64,000 nucleotides of DNA from Octopus vulgaris (taxonomy: Eukaryota): positions 16,554,001-16,618,000 of the forward strand of contig OX597825.1 of NCBI GenBank assembly GCA_951406725.2. The letters are read 5' to 3'. This document shows, piece after piece, positions 53,355 through 64,000 of this stretch. The notes under the pieces were generated by a model. The model worked only from the letters and a program-made list of their open reading frames with translations. It was not told the origin of the DNA and searched no databases. Position 1 is the stretch's first letter. Every line of letters starts with the position of its first letter. The position numbers and the translations under genes are program-made.

Positions 53355-53827
53355 CATATATATATATAATATATATATACATACATATATATAATATATA
53401 TATATTATTTATGTATACCTATTTGTATATGTGTATGTCCTTGTGTGTATGTCTGACTTTGTATGTAATATTATATTGGTTTATATTCTTATATTCTTGC
53501 ACTGGTTTCAATTATTGAACTTTGGCTGACCTAAAGAAGCAACTTTGAAGATTTTATCAATAATATTGAACCCGTTCTCCTATTTTACTTTACTTTATCA
53601 ATCTGTATCAGCTATACGTTATCGAGCAGCTAGTAAGAAGGCGAAAGAATCAGAGCATAAGCTATACGGGGGTTTTTAAGAATGGTATAAATAGAAACAG
53701 AGATATGTCACAGCAGAAGCATACTTACAAAAACAATCATATTTATATCAACAATGCTGCTGAGAACGTGCTGCATAATTGCTATCTATCTATCTATCTG
53801 TCTATCTATCTATCTATCTTATCTATC

Positions 53828-53879
<52 letters not shown>

Positions 53880-54009
53880 TTATCTATCTATCTGTCTGTC
53901 TGTCTATCTACTGTCTACTCCAATTATGACGAAAAACAGAGGATAATACCAATAAACTGTCTACAGTCTATGAAAGGCCTCACCGAAAATATACAAAAGA
54001 TATTCGGCC

Positions 54010-54198
54010 CAAGGCACAAGGCCCGAAATTTTGGGGGAGGGGGCCAGTCGATTAGATCGCCCCCAGTATGTAACTGGTATTTAATTTATCGAGCCCGAAA
54101 GGATGAAAGGCAAAGTCGACCACGGCGGAATTTGAACTCAGAATGTAAAGACAGAAGAAATGCCGCGTGTGCTAACGTTTCTGCCAGCTCGCCGCCTT
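54010..54198 (-). mobile_element. SINE family S2 (alternative 3' end)
   Basis: Head and Nin-like domain as 42714; 3' end CCCCTCCCCCAAAATTTCGGGCCTTGTGCC differs. Confidence 0.85.
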
Positions 54199-54202
54199 CC
54201 GA

Positions 54203-54412
54203 TACTCTTTTACTTGTTTCAGTCACTTGACTGCGGCCATGCTGGAGCACCACTTTTAGTGGAACAAATCAACCGCGGAACTTATTCTTTGGAAGCCTAG
54301 TACTTATTCTATCGGTCTCGTTTGCCGAACCGCTAAGTTACGGGGACGTAAACGCACCAACATCAGTTGCCAAGCGATGTTGGGGGAAATACACAAACAC
54401 ACAAACATATAC

Positions 54413-54463
<51 letters not shown>

Positions 54464-54472
54464 TACGCACGG

Positions 54473-54514
<42 letters not shown>

Positions 54515-54684
54515 TACATATATACACACGGGCTTCTTTCAGTTTCCGTCTAAAAAATCAACTTACAAGGATTTGGTCAGCCCGAGGCTATAGTAGAAGA
54601 CACTTGCTTAAGGTGCCACGCAGTGGGACTGAACCCGGAACCATGTGGTTGGTAAGCAAGCTACTTACCACACAGCCGCTCCTG
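54203..54684 (-). mobile_element. SINE family S1, full length
   Basis: Co-linear reverse complement of 33320-33768, including internal (TA)n and tail. Confidence 0.92.
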
Positions 54685-56462
54685 TATAATATATAATATT
54701 AACGAATTGTACCCTTTTCTCGGAAACTTAATATTTCTTTAGCCCTACCTCCATAAATATTTTCCATTTTAATGTTGATCATTAACAATTAAACGCAATA
54801 TACTCCGCACGAATTATTCATTCTTGTAGTTAAAAAAAACAACCCGCTACAAAAACCATTGAACCACCCATAATCCGCTGAAAAACTAATGCGCTACTGA
54901 AACAACATTGGTAAAAGCATTAGTGTTAAGGTTAAATATTTAACTGAGAGAACGTTCTAGAAACAGCACTTTGAAATCTGTGGTGAAATGTTGCTAAAAA
55001 TAAAAAAATAATCCTTCAGACAGAAAGAGAAACAGAAGATCCGTAATTTACAGTGTTTACCATTTCGAATGGTTGATTTAACCGTGCTTTTAACAACTAT
55101 CGTTAAAAATAAAATCGTGCTTCGCTATTTCCAGTCCATTTATTTGAAGAAACGTGCTTAAGAAAGAAATTCTTTTAAGTAACTTTAACAAAACAAAACG
55201 AAAAAAGATCAATAATTGTGTTTCCTTAGCAAACTTGCCTTTCTTATGGCTTTTTGTGTAAAATTTCGACTAAACTGTCAGAAAAGGCGTTGAGTTATCC
55301 AACCCTCTGTAAACACCCCAAAACAGATTTACAGAGTTACTGAACGGTAAAGAATATGTTAAGTTTATATTGTTTTATCTAGGCAGTGTTTAATTATGGA
55401 GTTTGTATTTTCTCTTTTTGGTCGTCTATTTTTGAATTATAATTTGTATTTTCTTGGACATTTTGGGATCAAATTATTCGATTGCTTAAATTTTGTAATC
55501 TATTGACTACCCAATCGCAAACTATTCAGCATGTATGCATTCATTTATTGCAAATAAATATTTTATGCTTGTTGGCACTCGATCCCAACGCTTCGGAGTA
55601 AGGATGAAATGTATTATGATTTCTGAACTCGAGATGTTGTAGCAACAAAAATAATAAAGTATATTCAGGCATTGTTGTCGAAATGTAAAGTACAGTCGGG
55701 CTAGAACCGTTTCAGGCTTCAGCTGAAATCTGAAATCGAAACAGAATTGTTGGTTTTATTACTGCAATACTTATCGTTTATTTCCCAGGTTTTTGTTTTC
55801 TAACAGTGAGCAATGACTCCCGAGCACGATTTTGAAGCTTTCGGCGATATTTACACTTGTTGAGTCAGAGAGCAAAGAGGATCATTTGTACACCGGATAA
55901 AAAGGCTTTGCGGCATTTCTTTCGGCTTTATGTTCTAAGGTCAAAGTCCACCGAGGTCGTCTTTGACTTTCATTCTTTCAGGCTCGTTAAAATAAGTACC
56001 ATTTGAAACCTAGAGTAGAGGTAATAGTTTACCCCTCTCAGAAGCATTAATTACGTAGGTGAGTAAAATATTTCCGACGGGAATCAATGATCGAGCGTTG
56101 ATCAACATTATTGAAATTTCTAATGCCAGTGAAAGACATCTTTCATACGATTAGTGCCGATTAAATCGTCACAAATACTTCAATGATAACTATTTTACTG
56201 CCTCCAGCAGAATGGAGATATTATTTTCCTCATTTAAACTAAATACTCGCTTCAAAATCATATATGCAGCACAGGCATATAGCCAAGCATCATCGGAGAT
56301 AAATGTAATCTATTAAATCGTCTCCTGTACTTAACGGGTACTTAATCAATAGAGTCGAGAAAGATGAAAGTCGAAGTTAACTTCTCTGTGATTTCCACTC
56401 AAAAAGAAATGAAATGTAAATAAATATACTGAATGTTTTTCCAGTACTATAGCGATTGTACA

Positions 56463-56690
56463 GGGGCATGGCCTAGCGATTAGGGCGTTGCACATACAAT
56501 TCCAAGATCGTCGTTTCAATTTCCGGACCGAGAGGTGCTTAATGTACTTTAGCAAAACTCTTCATCTTACGTTGGGACAATCCACTGACCTGTACATGAC
56601 TTATGGCCCATTCAGGGGGAATGTTTTCCCCCTCGGTCACTCATACGTCATAGAAACCTGATAACCGGCCCTATGAGCCCCACGACTTGA
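56463..56690 (+). mobile_element. old tRNA-derived SINE (head B, tail w)
   Basis: Head GGGGCATGGCCTAGCGATTAGGG...GTTTCAATTTCCGGACC; similar to 17306-18115. Confidence 0.55.
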
Positions 56691-57182
56691 AGCTGTAATG
56701 ATGTAATATAGCGATTCTGTCAAATGACGTAATAATAATATCGAAGATGAAACAAAAAAGACGAGAGGAACCCACGGAATTATGAAATTTTGATTTTCAT
56801 ACATACGAAGTATTAAAGTATGGTTGTATGCGCTGTGATAGCGCATCTCTACATCCACCATTTGTTGGTGATTCCCTACTCTTGGTAATGACCTTTTGTA
56901 CCACTCAGGTGATAACCCTCCAACCCATTTTCTTGTTTGGGTAGTCGTTTCTGGTGAAGTAAGCAAATCCTACCTTTAAGCTCTTTTAGTGGCCTTTTAT
57001 GACAAGCAAAGGAAATGCTGGGTCTCTTCTTTGGCATGCCGGTACCAGCACAACATTAGAGCAATGTGAAATGAAGTGTTTCGTTCAAGAGCACAAGAAG
57101 ACACTCGGTCTGCGAATCGAACCCACGATCTGCCAGTCGTGACCACAACACCCTAAACATTAAGCCACGTACCTTCTTGTAT

Positions 57183-57586
57183 ACTCTTTTACCTCTTTTA
57201 GTCATTTAACTGCGGCCATGCGGGAGCACCGCCTTTAGTCGAGCAAATCTACCCCAGGACTTATTCTTTGTAAGTCCAGTACTTATTCTATCGGTCTCTT
57301 TTGCCGAACCGCTATGTGACGGGGACATAAACGCACCAGCATCGGTTGTCAAGCAATGCTAGGGGGACAAACAGAGACACACAAACATCCACACATCCAC
57401 ATATATATATATACATATATACGACGGGCTTCTTTGAGTTTCCGTCTACCAAATCCACTCACAAGGCTTTGATCGGTCCGAAGCTATAGTAGAAGACACT
57501 TGCCCAAGGTGCTACGAAGTGAGACTCAACCTATAACCATGTGGCTGGTAAGCAAGCTACTTGCCACACAGCCACTCCTGCGCCTA
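57183..57586 (-). mobile_element. SINE family S1, full length, short internal microsatellite
   Basis: Co-linear with 33320-33768. Confidence 0.92.
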
Positions 57587-58161
57587 TATAGGCATAAAAT
57601 GAAATATCTACTGAAGAGAATGATGTTTATATCTTGTGTTCGTTCCATTTGCAAATTTCAAATGATTTCAAAATAAAATACTTTATGATGGATAAACAAT
57701 GGTTCACATTTTTAGAGAACGTTGCTAAACAACCATATTTGCAGACTATATATCGAACTAAAAGCCGAACATTGAGCTTTTGATTCCACGTTTGAGAATA
57801 TTGGTGCTCATCAAAAATAGTGGTCTTATTGTTTCTCACCGTCATTTCTCCGAGTACACGAAACTGACAATGGTTGCTGGTAAGATAAGGGTTTGTATTC
57901 AGTAAGCCCGCACATATTGTTCCTATTGAAATTGCGAAATAGTCGTCATATTCTATAATTCAAAGTATTTCTGGGCAATTGAATTGGATATGAAATTTCG
58001 ATTTCAATGGGAAACCTGTTCACCGTATTTCAATACAACAATAAAAGATGTATTTCGTGTAAACTGACGCACATAGGAAGCTAAGATAACATTTGTAAGG
58101 TGTATGTATCTGTGAATAGAAGGAGATTTATATGAAGTGTGGAGATTCATGTTCGGTATGC

Positions 58162-58286
<125 letters not shown>

Positions 58287-58807
58287 TGAAAGTATATAAT
58301 TATGCATGCATATATATATGTATATATATGTGTGTGTATGTATGTATATATGTACAAAGTAATAACGCAAATGTAAATATAGAACAACATACATCCACAC
58401 ATACACAAACACGCACACACACACACATACACACATATATATATATATAAATCGTAAGAGGAGATATATGAATATCCTTAATATTAATATTATGGGTATT
58501 ATATATATACTTGTACATAGAGGCGAATTTGGATACACATAGATTAGAATAAATAATCATATGCGCATATGCTTACACTCTCACGCACGTCTGCATGTGC
58601 ACATATAATATATACACACTCATATTTTACATATTATGAGTGTATACAGGGGATACTGATAATGCAGGTGCCATAACATTCCTACACACTTACTAAACAT
58701 CGGCACACACACAGGGATATATGCAAGCGCAAATAAAGACACACACAGCAGGAATACAAAAATGCAGTTAGTAAGGGGAGACAAAAAAGGAAGAAGGAAG
58801 CAAAGTA

Positions 58808-58847
58808 CCACTGATGAGATCACGGAAGTGTGACGAAAGAACTCTGG
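58808..58847 (+). ncRNA. candidate minimal type-I hammerhead ribozyme in a Penelope-like LTR fragment (~58620-58960)
   Basis: CCA CUGAUGA G(A)UCAC-GGAAGU-GUGAC GAA AG-AA-CU C UGG: canonical core, helix I CCA/UGG, CUC triplet. Confidence 0.62.
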
Positions 58848-58963
58848 CCGAACTGCAATTAATATAAAATTAAGCTGAAGCAAGAGAACACTAAAATATA
58901 TAGTGCGTGTGATTTCATTGGGTAAACTGTCAACATGACCATCCCCAAACGAAACAATATATG

Positions 58964-59003
<40 letters not shown>

Positions 59004-59031
59004 TAGATAGATATATATACATACATAAATA

Positions 59032-59062
<31 letters not shown>

Positions 59063-59067
59063 ATATG

Positions 59068-59113
<46 letters not shown>

Positions 59114-59114
<1 letters not shown>

Positions 59115-59500
59115 CGCAGGCGTGACAATGTGGTAAGCAGCTTGCTTCCCGCCCACATGGTTCTAACTTCCGCCCACTGCTTGGAAAATTAGTAAGGTCT
59201 TTTCAATTATCCCCTTAGGACGAACAAAAGGCCTTGTGAATGGATTTGGCTGACGGAAACTGAAAGAAGCACGCCGTATATAGGTATGTATATATCTACG
59301 TGTGCGTCTTTCGGGCTGTGCTTGTCCTCTCATCTCCCTTTGACGACCGGTGTCGATGTCTTTACCTATCCGTAACTAATCTGAGTGCAAAAAAGAATGA
59401 TTAAGTAAGCACTAGGCTTTATAGAAATAAATCCCGCAGTCGATTCCTTGGATTAAATCATTCGAGCCAAATGACTGAAATAAGTACAAGACTAAAAGAG
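59114..59500 (+). mobile_element. SINE family S1, diverged
   Basis: Recognisable head, GACGGAAACTGAAAGAAGC segment and ATGACTGAAA..TAAAAGAG tail. Confidence 0.8.
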
Positions 59501-59691
59501 TATATTATATCATATATGTGTAAATGAATTTATATAGGAATACATATTTGCATACATGCGTAATCATGGGCATACATGCGTAATCATGGGCATGTATATC
59601 TGCGTATTCTATATATATAATATATATAATATATATATATATACATATGTATGTATGTATGTATATATATATATTATGTATGTATATATAC

Positions 59692-59730
<39 letters not shown>

Positions 59731-59731
<1 letters not shown>

Positions 59732-59957
59732 GGCGCATGAGTGGCTGTGTGGTAAGTAGCTTGCTAACCAACCACATGGTTCCAGGTTCAGTCCCACTGC
59801 GTGGCATCTTGGGCAAGTGTCTTCTGCTATAGCCCCGGGCCTACTAAAGCCTTGTGAGTGGATTTGGTAGACGGAAACTGAAAGAAGCCTGTCGTATATA
59901 TGTATATATATATGTGTGTATATGTGTTTGTGTGCCTGTGTTTGTCTCCCTAGCATC

Positions 59958-60009
<52 letters not shown>

Positions 60010-60222
60010 TGTATGTGTGTGTGTGTGCATTTCTGTATGTGTCTGTGCTTGTATCGCCACTATCACTTGCAAATCGATGTTGGTGTTTTATGTCCCCGAA
60101 ACATAGTGTTTTGGGAAAAGGGACCGATAGGCGTACAAAGAATGAGACCTGGGGTCAATTTCTTCGACTAAAGGCGGAGCTCTATTTACGGCCGCAATCA
60201 AATGACTGAAAGAAATAAAAGA
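59731..60222 (+). mobile_element. SINE family S1 (young 5' half, more diverged 3' half)
   Basis: Near-consensus head 59731-59950; 3' part after (TA)n more diverged, possibly two merged copies. Confidence 0.85.
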
Positions 60223-60365
60223 ATGATGTATATACATATATGCACGCACGCACACACATACACACGCATGTATGAATATGTATATGTATGTAAACAAACA
60301 AAGATATACATCAATATACATACATATATCTATCTATCACCAAAATCTGTCTCCATCTCTCTCTC

Positions 60366-60460
<95 letters not shown>

Positions 60461-60552
60461 TCATAGATATATGTGTGTGTGTGTCGTCTCTGAGTACACA
60501 CACACACACACACACACACTCATAGATATATATGTGTATATATATATATATA

Positions 60553-60752
60553 ATAATAATATTAGGGAGTAAATCCAAACTTAGAGGGAAAAAATTAGAT
60601 TTAGGATTAAATCTAATTTTATAGTATAAATATATATATTAAATTAGAGAAAAAACCATATATATTTTATATATTAATTAATTTTATTTCTATGTATTGG
60701 TTTATGATTTTCACTGTTTGACTTTCCTAATAGTGGTTTTATCTCTAATTTA

Positions 60753-60757
<5 letters not shown>
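60553..60757. repeat. second, internally deleted copy of the fold-back family at 6780-7154
   Basis: TATTAGGG.ATAAATCCAAACTTA.AGGGAAAAA...ATTAAATTAGAGA.AAAACCA followed by the inverted arm ...TAATAGTGGTTTT.TCTCTAATTTAATATA. Confidence 0.8.
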
Positions 60758-60784
<27 letters not shown>

Positions 60785-61094
60785 ACGCAAAATCCCTGTA
60801 TATGATTACATAGCCCGCAGCAAGAGCGACAAACTACTAACAACGATATGTTTTGAAAGGTATATATATATATTCACTTTACAAATGAATCTAGAATTTC
60901 AAAACGAGAAGATAAAATTCTCTTCTTTTGTTGATCACAAGTTGTTACTATGGAAACAAATAAAAACACTTTCAAACCTGCAAAGATATAAACTTATAAA
61001 ACATAATTGAGAAACAAAACAGCAAGGTCTTATTGTTTACGTTCGATATCATTATTATTGTTTTCATAAAAATTTATATATGCTTATATACATG

Positions 61095-61138
<44 letters not shown>

Positions 61139-61354
61139 TATATATACATATATGTATATATTATTGTTATAATTGTGTTTGCATATGTTTAAATGGAAAG
61201 GAATTGTACCAAAATCAATAATCTCTCTTTTGCTGCCAGCTTACCATTCTTTTTCCTGACACATTTATTCTTTACTCCGAGCATTTGCCTAAATACTTCC
61301 GTCGAACAAGTACTTACACACACACACACAAACACACATACACACAAACACTTA

Positions 61355-61467
<113 letters not shown>

Positions 61468-61661
61468 TATATAAATATATACATATATTTATATATATAT
61501 ATTATATATATATATATATGTATGTATGTATGTATACATATATTTTTTATATATATGTACATATATACATATGAATATAGTATATATATAATATATTTAT
61601 AAATATATAGATATATATACATATATGTATATATATATTTGTACTTATATATGTGTATATG

Positions 61662-61711
<50 letters not shown>

Positions 61712-62265
61712 GTAATCTATGCGTATATATATTTGTATGTGAGCTCGTTTGAATGTATGTGTACCATTTCCAATTCTGTGAATAAATAGATGAATATAAG
61801 CGTAAGTGCATATATACACGCATATGTATATATATGTACATACATACATATATGCATACATATGTACATATATATATATATCTATATATCTATCTATATA
61901 TATATATATGTACATATATATGATTTAAAATGTATTTACAAAAGAAAATATGTAAGCGTAACAAATGCACTTTGGGATATATTTGTAGGAATGAATGATC
62001 ACCACCTTGTAAGAATTTTTTTTCATTGAAATTCTTTATTCTGTATTTCTACTCTACGATCTAAACTAAAGTACACACACACACACACACACAGACACAC
62101 AGGCACACACGCTCACACATGCGCATACACAGACGCACGCACACACACAGGTAGGCTCTCACGCACACGCACATACACACACACCACATACACGCACACA
62201 TGCACAAACACATACCTGCACACGCACGTGTAGGTACTTACGCACACACTCATACACACACCAGT

Positions 62266-62298
<33 letters not shown>

Positions 62299-62365
62299 GG
62301 ACCCACGGACGGACATCCATTTACTTGCCCACATACATATGATACGGTTATATATATATATATAT

Positions 62366-62541
<176 letters not shown>

Positions 62542-62560
62542 CACACGTACACATATACAC

Positions 62561-62596
<36 letters not shown>

Positions 62597-62899
62597 TTTA
62601 TGTGTGTGTGTGTAAAGTTTGATTTTTTTTTGCAATATAATTTTTTCTTTACTCGTGTTTATCCATTTGTTTATTCTCACCTATATGCACTCGTTGTTGT
62701 TGTTTTTTTTACATTTTCGTTGAATATAGAGCAAACAATATTTACCAAAGGATTTGCTGAGGTTAAAAACTACATTTTAAATACTGAATAGAAAGACTAT
62801 TTCTTTTTTCGTATTGTCTTTCAAACACTTTCTTAAAATATAATTTTTTTCTCACCATTAGCTCCTTATCAAATAACGTTTTCTTATATTTCTGTTCTC

Positions 62900-63160
<261 letters not shown>

Positions 63161-63307
63161 GTTTTAACTTTATATACGTGCGTGCACACGTATACTTGCA
63201 GGTAGATACACGTTAATGATGTTTTAGATTTGACCTTAGTTTCGTATTCACCCGACCTGCCTGCTTCTGTTTATATGGCAGCACACACACACACACGCTT
63301 ATATGTG

Positions 63308-63341
<34 letters not shown>

Positions 63342-63462
63342 AATATAAATATATATATTTATATACACGTGCGTGAGTCATCTAAGAGACTCCATTTCAT
63401 TGCCTGCGCGAAACCGATTGGTAATATCAGTCGTGACGGATATATAATACTATATACAACGG

Positions 63463-63515
<53 letters not shown>

Positions 63516-63590
63516 AAACACATATTGATATCCATATCTATATAATGACATATATGTATTCATACACCGGCACATATGTATTAACGAAAG

Positions 63591-63650
<60 letters not shown>

Positions 63651-63651
63651 G

Positions 63652-63683
<32 letters not shown>

Positions 63684-63704
63684 CATCATCATCATCATCA
63701 TCAT

Positions 63705-64000
63705 TTAGTAGTCTTGTTTTTATCACGTGCTTTTACTGAACTACCGACCGCAGCTCTGTGTCCCTTGGGTATGTGCAGTTGTTTCTTTACGTAGGATGTG
63801 TGCTGTGCCTAGTAGAGCTATTTTTTGTATGTTATATATATTTGGTAGACCTAATGTTTTTGTTATGTATTTGTCTGAATATTTTTTGTTATTATAATTA
63901 ATGCTCCCACGCTGATTGGAATTGTTTCTGTTTTTAGACTCCCCATTTGTGTTAGCTCTATTACTAAGTCTTTAGATTTTGGAAGTTTCTCCATTTCGTT
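63705..64000 (-). mobile_element. second R4/Dong-clade 3' fragment, diverged, cut by the window edge
   Basis: Reverse-complement homolog of 4600-4924 (EMEKL...KDL, KTETIPI, NIQKIALLGTAHILR); its 3' end abuts (TGA)n(TAA)n at 63593-63704. Confidence 0.85.

Overview
AT-rich, repeat-saturated animal DNA. The microsatellite load and the tRNA-derived SINE families look like an octopus/coleoid cephalopod genome (inference from recalled repeat families, not a search). Nearly all ORFs in the track are artefacts of (TA)n/(AAT)n/(TATC)n tracts, and no complete host gene is visible. One minus-strand exon at 36664-36793 is a plausible start-codon/signal-peptide exon. Recognisable content: a young 5'-truncated CR1-group LINE; R4/Dong-type retrotransposon 3' ends sitting in (AAT)n arrays; decayed RTE and L1/Tx1-like LINE pieces; mariner elements of three apparent subfamilies; two MITEs (TA TSD and 8-bp TSD); a 1022-bp solo LTR with a 4-bp TSD; and many SINEs of several modular families. 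The most interesting structure is about ten minimal type-I hammerhead-ribozyme-like motifs from several unrelated Penelope-like families. Two lie in a near-perfect 151-bp inverted repeat (52646-53040), and one three-copy family has a fixed non-canonical core base. The window also shows a LINE-SINE partner pair whose shared 3' hairpin has a compensatory base change. All folds and alignments were done by eye.
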